Assembly: GCA_034520965.1 (NCBI GenBank)
Contig: JAXHMY010000002.1
Span: forward strand, 96,001-160,000
Origin: Spirochaetia bacterium
Lineage (GTDB): Bacteria > Spirochaetota > Spirochaetia > DSM-16054 > Sediminispirochaetaceae
Direction of reading: 5' to 3'
DNA length: 64,000 bases
In this document: in pieces, positions 1 through 9,636 of the stretch
Numbering within the stretch: the first letter of the stretch is position 1
How the letters are laid out: the number at the start of each line of letters is the position of its first letter
Translations under genes and position numbers: made by a program
The notes under the pieces: model-generated
Told to the model about the DNA's origin: nothing
Databases searched by the model: none
The model's input: the letters and a program-made list of their open reading frames with translations, nothing else

Positions 1-471
1 ACAAAGATAAAAAGCATTACCCAGCAGTTAAAATCGCGCTTTCCCGATTCTCCCGAATATGGCCTTTTGCAGGAGCAGGTTAAACGAAAACCAACCGCCG
101 AGATTGCCCTGGGGATGCTGAGTGTTCCAGATTCTCTTCAGACCCACGATGATGCGGTATCGGACACACTGATTCAGTCTACAGAAAAATCTTCTTCAAG
201 TGACGCTTCAGATGGGGAGGGCAAAGCCGGCGAAAATAAGCAGAATCAGAAGAGTCACGCTATTCAGACAGGCTCTTTCAGAGACGCGGAAAACGCCCAC
301 TACATGCAGCGGGAACTGGAGAAGCAAGGTTTTACCGCAATGGTGGTTCAAGCCGATGTGAACGGCTCAACTTTTTACCGGGTGTTGGTCCCGATTGCAT
401 ATGGTGAAACGGAAGAGGAGATAGTACTTCAGTTAAAAGAGAAGAGTTTTGAGGGGTATCCGGTCTACTGA
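1..471 (+). CDS. SPOR-domain protein, 5'-truncated by the window edge
   Basis: Frame is open from base 1 (TKIKSITQQLKSRFPDSPEY...). The C-terminal 'AIQTGSFRDAENA...FYRVLV' is a SPOR peptidoglycan-binding signature. TGA stop at 469-471. Confidence 0.8.
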   Translation, partial: TKIKSITQQLKSRFPDSPEYGLLQEQVKRKPTAEIALGMLSVPDSLQTHDDAVSDTLIQSTEKSSSSDASDGEGKAGENKQNQKSHAIQTGSFRDAENAHYMQRELEKQGFTAMVVQADVNGSTFYRVLVPIAYGETEEEIVLQLKEKSFEGYPVY

Positions 472-2036
472 TCTTCTATTTTCTCAACTTGTTCATACCG
501 AAGAGGCTGTTTTGAAGTAGGGACAAAACCGTTTACTCCGATTTTTCCAGGCACCAGGACGATACGCCGGATAATTTCGTTGCTCTTTTGCTCTTCAAAA
601 TAATCGAATGAATAGCACAGTCGTTCAACTACAATGCCCTGGGAGTTCAAAATCTTCAGTTCCAGCACGTCACTACCCATCGAATAGACGGAAAAGCCTC
701 CGCTATGCTGCACTCCATTGCGCTCGAGGGTAAAATAGGGTGGTTCAAAAGTAAGTTTATCGCCTACATCACTTTCATAGACACCCGTGAGCCTGGGAAG
801 ATGTGCATTTCCTTCGTCACCAAAGGAGAGGTCCGTGCTGAGAAAGGTGCTCTGCAGGGAGTCTCCAATTTTCTGGTACATCCCCGACCATGATGTATTG
901 CTGTCGCGCTGTCCATTATGGGAGTTTATGTCGTAAATCTGTAATCGGACATTGTTAAGATCTTCAATATAAGCAGATATATAGATCCGCATAAAGGGTA
1001 CAATCTCATTCTCCCCTCTGATTGCTAGGCTATTGGCCAAAAACCTTTGAGAGCTGGTCCAGGTGTACACTTCCTGTGCATTTCCGCTGTACAGGGTAAT
1101 AGTCTTCTCGATAGGGTTAAAATGAATCAGTGATCTTTGGCTGTGGGGTGTGTTCCGGCCTGTGTTTTTGGTGTATAACCACGGGCCGCTCAAAAAATCT
1201 TCAAACGTCTCACTCCCGCTCTCAAACAGCTCTTTCAGTCGGCGGTCTTCAACCTCCTGGCCGGAGACCTTTTTCTCGAGCACCTGCTCGTAGCTGCGAG
1301 AATCATTTCGCCAAATATACGTTTTTTTTATTATATCACTCAGGCGGTCGGATTCAGTGTCCGTGCTGCTGGTGACAACGGGAAAACTGCTTCCGTTAGC
1401 AAGACCGTTTTGGTATGACTGACTACGCTTTTCCTGCTGTATTTCGATGGTCCCATCCACTTCAAGTGAAAGTATCCGGTCGAAATAGAGTCCATACTCC
1501 TCGGGAGATGTGGTGCGACGAAAAATATCCATAGTCTGCAGTCCACCGTTATTGAGGCCGCTGCACACAATTTCAAGGTTGTGATCGCCGGTGGTATCGA
1601 TAACAGTAACCTGTAGACCCTTACGGCGTTGTGTGACCGTATCCGACCTCCAGGTAATAGAATATTTATCACGAATGGCATCATAATCTGCTACTAAGAG
1701 GAAGATGTTATTCTTTTCCGACTCTGTATCCTGGGCTACCAGCACCTGCTCCTCATAGCGGTCCAAGTCAAGATTTACATCTACAAGCTGCACCAATTGA
1801 TATCCCGGCGGAAGCTGAACCCGGGGAAATTGCCGATTTTCCTCCTGATAGTCATCGCCGGGGGGGCTTGTAGTGCCTGCTTCCTGGACTTGCTCGGTAT
1901 CCAAGTTGACCTTCTTTGGCTCCTGGAGATAGGGGGAATTATCCTTGGACAAATTGGGATCGCAGGCTGTCAATAAAATTACTGCAACCAATATAACTGG
2001 AAAGAGATGTATTTTCATATTTCGGTATATCTTCAT
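465..2036 (-). CDS. Pallilysin (Tp0751)-related adhesin-like lipoprotein
   Basis: Lipobox LTAC; Asp-rich loops DVNLDLDRYEEQV and DTTGDHNLEIV. Its position beside a VWA gene and cfpA matches the treponemal Tp0750/Tp0751-cfpA neighbourhood as recalled. No HExxH motif. Confidence 0.65.
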   Translation of the reverse strand: MKIYRNMKIHLFPVILVAVILLTACDPNLSKDNSPYLQEPKKVNLDTEQVQEAGTTSPPGDDYQEENRQFPRVQLPPGYQLVQLVDVNLDLDRYEEQVLVAQDTESEKNNIFLLVADYDAIRDKYSITWRSDTVTQRRKGLQVTVIDTTGDHNLEIVCSGLNNGGLQTMDIFRRTTSPEEYGLYFDRILSLEVDGTIEIQQEKRSQSYQNGLANGSSFPVVTSSTDTESDRLSDIIKKTYIWRNDSRSYEQVLEKKVSGQEVEDRRLKELFESGSETFEDFLSGPWLYTKNTGRNTPHSQRSLIHFNPIEKTITLYSGNAQEVYTWTSSQRFLANSLAIRGENEIVPFMRIYISAYIEDLNNVRLQIYDINSHNGQRDSNTSWSGMYQKIGDSLQSTFLSTDLSFGDEGNAHLPRLTGVYESDVGDKLTFEPPYFTLERNGVQHSGGFSVYSMGSDVLELKILNSQGIVVERLCYSFDYFEEQKSNEIIRRIVLVPGKIGVNGFVPTSKQPLRYEQVEKIEDQ

Positions 2037-2040
2037 ACTT

Positions 2041-3030
2041 CTATTGGACTTCCGGAAAGTAAGGTGATAACTTATCTAACACTTTTTGTTTTATTGTTTC
2101 AAGGGGCCAGATGCTCTTAAAACCCGCAGCTGTTTTGTGTCCGCCACCACCGTAGGTCTGGGCAATTTCAGCCACATTTATATTGCCCTTAGAGCGCAGT
2201 GAACATCGCAGAATCCCGGCTTCATTTTCTTTAAAAAACAACGAAACCCTTATCGTTTCACTCTTGAGGGGGACATTTATCAGTGCATCAGCCTCCTCGT
2301 AGATAGCGCCGCACTCGGCAATCATTTCTTTGGTCATGGTCTGTGCAGCCACATGCTGATCATAGAATAGTTCCAAGGTAGAAAGCACTTTTGACTGCAA
2401 ACGCAACGCTGATACTGAATTGCTCTCATATATCTTTTGATATATCTTATTCGGATTCACGCCAACCTTGCTCAAAGTGTAGGCGATCATAAAGGTACGA
2501 GGGCTTGTTTTTGGATAAATAAAGGAGCCGGTATCATACACGATACCCGTAAACAACGCCTCGGCTATCGGGAGAGTCAGTTCAATACCCAAATTTTCAA
2601 ACAGTTCGAATAGAATTTCGCAGGTTGATGAAGCGGATTCTTCAATATGATTTACCTCGACGATATCCTCTTCCGACTCATGATGATCAACGATAAAGTA
2701 GGCTTTTACTTTGGGCAAAACCAGTTCTGCTACCAATCCAATGTTGTGCAAATCGTTTGTATCAAGAATAAGCAGCACGTAATCGGCTATGTCTTCAGGA
2801 AGCTGAGATTCTTCTTTTAAAGTGACAATTGTATCGGCACAGCCTAGAAAAGAATATTTTTGTGCGATGGGATCGCTGTTATACAGTAAAACCTTTTTGC
2901 CTAAAGTTTTAAGCGCTAGAAACAAGGCACATTCGCTGCCGACTGCATCTCCATCGGGAGTTTCATGGACTGTGAGAATAAATTTTTTATTATTTTCGAG
3001 AAAATGAGTCAGACCATCGAAGCCTGCCAT
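2041..3030 (-). CDS. nrnA: DHH/DHHA1 family phosphoesterase (NrnA-like nanoRNase/pAp phosphatase or cyclic-dinucleotide phosphodiesterase)
   Basis: Motifs HETPDGDAVGS, ILD, VDHH, YDTGSF, SLRS and GGGGHKTAAG. Confidence 0.85.
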   Translation of the reverse strand: MAGFDGLTHFLENNKKFILTVHETPDGDAVGSECALFLALKTLGKKVLLYNSDPIAQKYSFLGCADTIVTLKEESQLPEDIADYVLLILDTNDLHNIGLVAELVLPKVKAYFIVDHHESEEDIVEVNHIEESASSTCEILFELFENLGIELTLPIAEALFTGIVYDTGSFIYPKTSPRTFMIAYTLSKVGVNPNKIYQKIYESNSVSALRLQSKVLSTLELFYDQHVAAQTMTKEMIAECGAIYEEADALINVPLKSETIRVSLFFKENEAGILRCSLRSKGNINVAEIAQTYGGGGHKTAAGFKSIWPLETIKQKVLDKLSPYFPEVQ

Positions 3031-3040
3031 AGCACCTCTC

Positions 3041-3664
3041 TCAGTTACGCTGGTTCCACGCGTTCGTAATTTCAGCTGCTAAACGACGCGCTTTTTCTTC
3101 AACTGTAATACCAAGAATTGAAATTTGCCAACCATTCATTGGAATTTCTTTTTTTGGCTGCAACAGATGATGCTCCAGATCGTAAGTTTTACCTGGGTAA
3201 GGACTGCCGGGAGGACCTTCGTGGTAATTATCTGAAAGCAGGAGTATATAGTGCTGCTCGGTAGGTGGTGCAGCAGAACTTTGTATGGCTTGTTCAAATG
3301 TATCCAGGGCAGAACCGATATCGGTATAGTGTCGATCCGCTTTCAAATTACGGAATTTTTCAGCAAGGGCTTCAATTGTAATATCTTGACCAATTCTCCC
3401 CTGAAATAGCTGCTGCCTGCCCCCATAGAAGCTTAGCGCATAGACAAAGTCATCAGACTGCAGTAAGTTATTACAGACAGTCTGTTCCAGGTAATGATTT
3501 ACAGAGCCAATTTCCTGCTTCATCGACAGCGATTTGTCAATTAGGAGGTATACGCTCAAATTACCTGTCCGGGTATCGGCATCGACTAATTGCACCCCCA
3601 TACCTAGAGCCATGGTAATGGAGACTATGGAGATAAAGAGTTTGAAGTACGTTTGCTTTTTCAT
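3041..3664 (-). CDS. Secreted von Willebrand factor A (VWA) domain protein, Tp0750-like
   Basis: Signal peptide MKKQTYFKLFISIVSITMALG; MIDAS DKSLS...TDIG...LSD. The start was moved from the ORF-track 3745 to ATG 3664 (GTG 3667 is also possible), downstream of an AGGA SD. Confidence 0.75.
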   Translation of the reverse strand: MKKQTYFKLFISIVSITMALGMGVQLVDADTRTGNLSVYLLIDKSLSMKQEIGSVNHYLEQTVCNNLLQSDDFVYALSFYGGRQQLFQGRIGQDITIEALAEKFRNLKADRHYTDIGSALDTFEQAIQSSAAPPTEQHYILLLSDNYHEGPPGSPYPGKTYDLEHHLLQPKKEIPMNGWQISILGITVEEKARRLAAEITNAWNQRN

Positions 3665-3802
3665 CACATTTATCCTATCATGATTATACAAGTAAAAGAA
3701 GGAGAAAAAATGTATAAAAAAAAAAACGTGCTTTACATTTTGCATAACATATTGATAATCTATTACTATAGTTAGCAGTAAGCGATTTATAAGGAGAGTA
3801 TA

Positions 3803-5878
3803 ATGGGAAGCATAGATTTACCAAAAAGCCCAATGGTGTTTCATCCAACTAAACGAAGTGCAGTTGGTTCTCGAAACTCCTTGGCACAGGAAAGCAGAGA
3901 TCAACAGGAAGAAGTAGATCGTCTTATGGAAGAAGAAGTTGATAAGGTAGTTAACCACGTTGCTTCGAAACTTCCCTCAGACGTGCTCGAACGCCTTGAC
4001 GTAATGGGTGGCCTTAAAGAGAAGCTGTACAATTACTTCAACCAGAATTATCAAAATATGTTCAACCGGTACATAGTTACCTCAGAAGACGAGATGCTCA
4101 AGAAGGTGCGTAATTTTGTTGACCGGGAAGAGATGAAGGTAACCAGCCGATACACTCCAAAAGAGATATCCTCACTTCTGGATGAAGTCGGCGGCATGGA
4201 TCGGTTTAATACCGGTGAGATAGAGAAATCTATTGTCAATATGTATGGGCATTTACAGGGCCATATTCAGCGCGGTATAAACGACCTTGAAAACCTTACT
4301 AACTCCCTGTTACGGCAGAAAACAGATGTAGGCGCATTTATTCGAGGTGAAAATGCCTACTCCGTAGTTAAATGTTCTTTCAAAGACAACATCTACAAAC
4401 CGAAAACAGTCAGTGATGTAAAGCTCTCCGTAAACATTCTTGATTCTGAGCTTATCAGCCCGATCTTCCACTATCAGGCTACCGTGGAATACATTATCAA
4501 GGACCTGTTGTCGAAGCACATCATGGACGAAATCGATAAAGAGATCGAACAGGTTAAGGATGAACAGATTGAGCAGGGTAAGGAAGAGATGAATGACAGC
4601 GAGATCATCTTCGAGAAGATGCGTCGAGTTGAAAACCATACTTCCGATGAAGGTGATGATCCCGATTCCAAGCGCTATTCCATCATAAGCAAGCGCCTAA
4701 TGGACCGGGTAGAAGGTCTGCGGGCCGAAATAGATCCTACAGAGTTTGATTCTCTTAACATTCGTGAAAATCTGAAGAAGATTATCGATCTTGAGAATAT
4801 TCGAAATCGTGGATTCAATACGGCGATTAACAGCATTACCAGTATTCTTGATACCTCTAAAATGGGCTATCAGTACATTGAAAACCTTAAGAATGCCCGT
4901 GAGCTTCTTATTCGCGAGTACGAAGATATGAACTATCGCGAACTCCCGGATGAACGTTATCAGATCAAATTAAAGTATTTTGATAATGCACAGCTGATTG
5001 AAGAGCGTAAAGCTTACGATGTACAGGTGAAGTCCTTTGAAGTAGAAGTGCAGCACTTGTGGGATGTTCTTGAATTGGTCTATGAAGATAAAAAGATGTT
5101 CAAGCGCGTTACCGATTACAACGATCTTGCCAAGATTTACAAAAACAAAATCCGCCGCAAGATTAAAGACAAAACCGGTGATCCCCTCTATGAAGATATC
5201 GACAAAGTGTGGGATGAAATCTCATTCGTAGAACCTGCTGAAACTCAGGTCGAAAAAATGAACCGTACATATGTGTTTGATAAAGATAAAATAGGCAAAA
5301 AACTTGCCCTCATGCAGGATAAGCTTCAAACCATGTACGGATATCGTTATCCGGTTCAGCGCCGTGTAATCGAAGAACGGTTGCAGTTCCTGCAGCAGGA
5401 GTTTAACAAGTTCGATTACTTGATCAATCCCTATCATATTCAGCCGGGTCTGCTGCTTGATGTAGATATCACCTCCATCAAACGTAAAAAGGCTACCCTC
5501 GACGGAATGGCAAATGTATTGAATGAGTTTCTCCATGGAATCTCAAAAGGTTTTCAAGATGCAGCTTTCGCCTCATTCTCCCGTCGTCGATCAACAATAC
5601 GCGAGGATATCGACCAGCATTTTTCAACTGATATGAATGCCGGTGAAGAAGATTCCGGCGAGACGTCCACCAAAGGGAAGGGGTATCTGGATATGCTGAA
5701 CTCTTCCTCGGAGAGTGCCGGTGCATCAGGTAATGAAACAGTGGTAAAAGAAAGCGGTGGAAAGAAGAGTACCAGCAGTAAGAGCGGTACCGGTAAAACC
5801 AGCGGTAAGGGCAGCAGCTCCAGCAAAAAGCGGGGCCGCCCAAAAAAGAAAAAAGATGACGGATTAAAATCTATGTAA
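3803..5878 (+). CDS. cfpA: Cytoplasmic filament protein A (spirochaete cytoskeletal protein)
   Basis: N-terminus '[26 protein letters not shown]' and coiled-coil body typical of treponemal CfpA; 691 aa; strong SD AAGGAG. Confidence 0.92.
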   Translation: MGSIDLPKSPMVFHPTKRSAVGSRNSLAQESRDQQEEVDRLMEEEVDKVVNHVASKLPSDVLERLDVMGGLKEKLYNYFNQNYQNMFNRYIVTSEDEMLKKVRNFVDREEMKVTSRYTPKEISSLLDEVGGMDRFNTGEIEKSIVNMYGHLQGHIQRGINDLENLTNSLLRQKTDVGAFIRGENAYSVVKCSFKDNIYKPKTVSDVKLSVNILDSELISPIFHYQATVEYIIKDLLSKHIMDEIDKEIEQVKDEQIEQGKEEMNDSEIIFEKMRRVENHTSDEGDDPDSKRYSIISKRLMDRVEGLRAEIDPTEFDSLNIRENLKKIIDLENIRNRGFNTAINSITSILDTSKMGYQYIENLKNARELLIREYEDMNYRELPDERYQIKLKYFDNAQLIEERKAYDVQVKSFEVEVQHLWDVLELVYEDKKMFKRVTDYNDLAKIYKNKIRRKIKDKTGDPLYEDIDKVWDEISFVEPAETQVEKMNRTYVFDKDKIGKKLALMQDKLQTMYGYRYPVQRRVIEERLQFLQQEFNKFDYLINPYHIQPGLLLDVDITSIKRKKATLDGMANVLNEFLHGISKGFQDAAFASFSRRRSTIREDIDQHFSTDMNAGEEDSGETSTKGKGYLDMLNSSSESAGASGNETVVKESGGKKSTSSKSGTGKTSGKGSSSSKKRGRPKKKKDDGLKSM

Positions 5879-5893
5879 TCTGAAATAATTTCA

Positions 5894-5923
5894 CAGCGCC
5901 CCCTTTTGGGGGCGTTGCTATTT
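5894..5923 (+). terminator. GC-rich hairpin after cfpA (weak terminator or mRNA-stabilising stem)
   Basis: CAGCGCCCCC-TTTT-GGGGGCGTTG followed only by CTATTT. Confidence 0.55.
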
Positions 5924-5949
5924 GATTAAAGAATCAAGAGGAAAAAGGT

Positions 5950-6946
5950 ATGGAAGTTCAAAATCAATTCGAACACCTTTCAACCAGGAGTGGTTTTAAT
6001 AAAGCCCTTGGACATTTCAGAAGCATTTCGGAGGTTATCGACCATATTGACGAAGGACGTAACCTTGCCGATTTACTGAATTACTTTTTAGATGAGAAGG
6101 AAATTCAACAGCAGCAAATTCTGCCGACTGTGTTTGCTCTTCTTCATGATAAATACGGTTATTCTTTTCACTCCCATACAATGGAAAAGAGTTTAACCGA
6201 TTTTTCTTACATTCTTAAAGAACTACCGCGATGGAAAGCTGTTGATGTAGTGCTCATTTACTTCCATCCTGATCTGGGAGCTCAAGTTATTAACCCTAAG
6301 AATGAAGACCATTTCGGCTCGCTTAACGTATTAAAAGAAAATGAACTTTTTACCATTTACTGCAGCGCCGGCAATGCCCAGGATGGCGGTAAGAAAGAAC
6401 AAAAGGCATTGCAAACACTAGTAAAAATGCTGAACGGTGCGAAGATAAAAACTCCCGACACGCTTCTAAAAGGAAAATTTAAAGCCAAAACTGTCGAGTT
6501 TGCCACTGAAGAAGAGGATGTTGAGGAAGAAGCTGAAGTTGAAGAAGAAGGAAACAGCAGAAGAGGGTGCCGCTCCAGAAAGTGCTGAGAAGGCCGAAAC
6601 ATCAGAAACCGGAAAACGCAGGATGACGCCTTTCTATTCAATTCCGGTTACTAATGAGCTCTTTCACAATGGAAATGTAGAAGCCTGGAAAAAGGTTATA
6701 CAAAGTTATCAAGCAAAGCATCCCGGTCTTGATGTATATATCTATTACGATGGAGAAAGGATTCATGATATCCATTCCCTTTTCAAGTGGGGCAAAGTCA
6801 AACACGGCAGCACCATACTGGTTGCTGTAGCTGGAGAAGATATTCAAGATGTCGCCAAGCTGCAGCGTTACTTACGCCAGGGTGCCAGCCCGCAGTTTGA
6901 GGCGTTTCTCCGGTATCCTGTAAACACCATACTGAATCTATTCTAG
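5950..6946 (+). CDS. Uncharacterised protein with an unknown N-domain, an acidic linker and a C-terminal HPr-like domain; interrupted by a +1 frameshift at about 6548-6551
   Basis: ORFs 5950-6588 and 6500-6946 join into about 331 aa if one base is removed in gaagaagaaGgaaaca; the Glu-rich linker continues across the junction. The C-terminal part contains VTNELFH...DVYIYYDGERI..HSLFK...GSTILVAVAGED. Confidence 0.7.
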
Positions 6947-6954
6947 GGGGTATT

Positions 6955-9597
6955 ATGAATAAAGCAGTACATTTCTTTAGTCGTAATAAATATGTAAAAG
7001 AAACCAAAACTTGGGAGTTGTTCGGCATTCGCGGTAAACAGGCTATGGAGTTTGCCGCGTTAGATCTTCCAATCGTACCCGGTTTTATTCTCGATTCACA
7101 AATAGCCGCACATCTTGATAATTTTAAACTGGCAGCCGAACTTCCGGAATTGATCACACTTTTTGAACAGGAAACCGGTAAAAAGTTCAACGATCCTAAA
7201 AACCCATTGCTTCTGAAGGTGGTTATAAGCCCCAATTTAGCAATTGTTCATTACCCTACGCTCCACAACTTCGGACTTACCGATGAAACCTTGCCTGGTT
7301 TTAGCGATTATGTCGGAGAAGAGTTTAGTTATCATGAAGTTTTGTTCCTAATTCACGGATTGTTCCAAGTAGAACATAAAATTGCCGAGATTCAGGAAGA
7401 TAAAAAAAATATACAACTGTATACTAACAAAATTTCAAGCCTTGAGTCGGTCCTTCACAATGAAACCTCTAGTGCAAAATTAAAGAAAACACTAGAGGAT
7501 ATGCGTTCCTATCTGCCGGACGACTTTTTCTCCAACGCGTATGCACAACTCGAATATTGTCTTCGCCGAATCAGTATACTGCTGAGTATAGACGAACTTG
7601 ACAATGAAGACGCCGCCTTGATTGTTCAGCCCATGGTATACGGAAATTACGGCAGCGATAGTGGCAGCGGTGAATATGCAACCAGAAATCCGGTAACCGG
7701 ACAGGACAAAATATTCGGCTGGTATGTTCCCGATACTTTTAATTCTGAGGAACGTAAAGGCCAGGATGTAGCCGGTTTATCACCAACATATGTAAAAGAG
7801 CTTGAGAAGACAGCCAAAACGGTAGAAGACCATTTTATGGAAATTCGATCAATCCGTTTTACCATTGAAAATAAGAAACTGTGGTTTGTCGATCAGCGTC
7901 CCCTGGTTACCAAATCTACCCAAGCCGATATACAGCTACTTCTAGATTTGCATCGGCGTAAGAAGATAACCGACAATTTCCTCATCCACGCCATCAAGCC
8001 GGATCAGCTAAATGAAATACTCCATCCGGTTATTCATCCTGAGTCTGTAAAAGAGTTCAAAGAGATTAGCGGCGGTATAGCAGGTGCCCCCGGTGCAGCT
8101 ATCGGCAGGGTCTATTTTACGACCGATTCACTTCTGGATGCATATAGAAATGCTCAGCAACAGGGCGAAGACACACAAATGATCCTCTGTATGCCGGCCA
8201 CCTTTGCCGACGATGTGAAGGCTATCGAAGTAGCCTCCGGAGTGCTCTCTTCCGAAGGTGGTTATTCCGCCCATGCCTCGGTAGTTGCACGGCAGTACGG
8301 AAAGGTGTCTCTGGTCCAAAAGGATCTTAAGGTTACCAACAAGAGTGCCAAAATTGGCCAACACACGCTGAAAGAGGGTGATCTGATTACCCTGCAGGTA
8401 CCCCATTACGGTGAGCCCCATATATATCTGGGTCAGGCTGAACTTATTGAACCGGATCCAAAGGATTCAGGTTTATTAGATTTTGTGCATTTGATAAAAA
8501 AACATGTAAAAGACTTCCATGTGCGGGTAAACGCGGATACCGGCAAAGATTCTCAGCTAGCGGTAGCTTTCGGAGCCGAAGGTATCGGCCTCTGTCGTAC
8601 CGAACATATGTTCTTTAAAGAAGAACGAATAAATGTATTCAGACAGATGATCCTCTCTGAGAATGAAACCGATCGTCGAAAGGTTCTTAATAAACTTAAA
8701 AAGATGCAGAAAGACGACTTCTACAGTATCTTCAAAGCCATGAACGGAAAAGAAGTTACCATACGCCTGCTTGATGCTCCTCTGCACGAATTCCTCCCTC
8801 ATAACAAAGCTCAAACCAAGGCTTTTGTAAACTACATGCACACCGAAGCGGGCAACACAAAAATTACGGAAAAACAGGTAAATGATATATCGGAAAGTCT
8901 GCAAGAGTTTAATCCGATGCTGGGCCATCGCGGATGCCGAATTGCGGTTTCTTATCCTGAAATTTACGAGATGCAGGTTGAGGCTGTCTTTGAAGCTGCC
9001 TTTAAGGCTCGCAAGGATGGGGTAAAGGTATATCCGGAAATAATGATCCCTCTGATCATGAACTCCGATGAGCTAAAACTTATTATCTTCGGTAAAAAAA
9101 TTGAAGGAAAGAACTACCGCGGTTTAAGCGATATTGAAGAGGAGGTCCGTAAGAAGCTGAAAGAGAAATCCGAAATGGAACACCATTTCGGTACCATGAT
9201 CGAGCTGCCCGTGGCAGCCCTGGCGGCCGGCGACATCGCCCGCTACGCGGATTTTTTCTCCTTCGGGACTAATGACCTCACTCAAACCACTATCGGCCTC
9301 TCACGGGACGATTATACCTCTTTCATGCCCGATTATACGCTGTTTGACATCATTCCAGGTAATCCCTTCAAAGAATTGGATCCTTATGTAAAAGAATTAA
9401 TCAGCACTGCAGTAAGGCGAGGGAAAATGACACGGCCCGGCTTATCAACCGGTCTTTGCGGAGAACACGGCGCAATACCGCAAAACATTCGCTTCTGCAT
9501 CGATGCCGGCTTGGACTACGTTTCATGTTCGGTATATTCGGTGCCGATTGCGTTGCTGGCGGTTGCCCAGGAAGTTGTGCCTGAAGCAAAAAAGTAG
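6955..9597 (+). CDS. ppdK: Pyruvate,phosphate dikinase homologue with a degenerate ATP-grasp domain (intact phospho-His and PEP/pyruvate domains)
   Basis: GGYSAHASVVAR (His440), GIGLCRTEHMFF, TIRLLD, NPMLGHRGCR, GTMIE, SFGTNDLTQ and GLCGEHG are retained. The N-terminal GGKG, VSVRSG and DMEF...LQTR motifs are altered. Confidence 0.85.
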   Translation: MNKAVHFFSRNKYVKETKTWELFGIRGKQAMEFAALDLPIVPGFILDSQIAAHLDNFKLAAELPELITLFEQETGKKFNDPKNPLLLKVVISPNLAIVHYPTLHNFGLTDETLPGFSDYVGEEFSYHEVLFLIHGLFQVEHKIAEIQEDKKNIQLYTNKISSLESVLHNETSSAKLKKTLEDMRSYLPDDFFSNAYAQLEYCLRRISILLSIDELDNEDAALIVQPMVYGNYGSDSGSGEYATRNPVTGQDKIFGWYVPDTFNSEERKGQDVAGLSPTYVKELEKTAKTVEDHFMEIRSIRFTIENKKLWFVDQRPLVTKSTQADIQLLLDLHRRKKITDNFLIHAIKPDQLNEILHPVIHPESVKEFKEISGGIAGAPGAAIGRVYFTTDSLLDAYRNAQQQGEDTQMILCMPATFADDVKAIEVASGVLSSEGGYSAHASVVARQYGKVSLVQKDLKVTNKSAKIGQHTLKEGDLITLQVPHYGEPHIYLGQAELIEPDPKDSGLLDFVHLIKKHVKDFHVRVNADTGKDSQLAVAFGAEGIGLCRTEHMFFKEERINVFRQMILSENETDRRKVLNKLKKMQKDDFYSIFKAMNGKEVTIRLLDAPLHEFLPHNKAQTKAFVNYMHTEAGNTKITEKQVNDISESLQEFNPMLGHRGCRIAVSYPEIYEMQVEAVFEAAFKARKDGVKVYPEIMIPLIMNSDELKLIIFGKKIEGKNYRGLSDIEEEVRKKLKEKSEMEHHFGTMIELPVAALAAGDIARYADFFSFGTNDLTQTTIGLSRDDYTSFMPDYTLFDIIPGNPFKELDPYVKELISTAVRRGKMTRPGLSTGLCGEHGAIPQNIRFCIDAGLDYVSCSVYSVPIALLAVAQEVVPEAKK

Positions 9598-9636
9598 TGT
9601 CGCTTTTTAGATGCCTTGTATAGAAGAAATTTAGAA

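Noticed and set aside
465..2036. Pallilysin-type zinc metalloprotease activity
   Set aside because: No HExxH motif in the translated sequence.
6500..6550. Lys-rich N-terminus (MPLKKRMLRKK...) of the ORF-track 148-aa protein
   Set aside because: It is the out-of-frame reading of the Glu-rich linker of the upstream ORF, not a real start.
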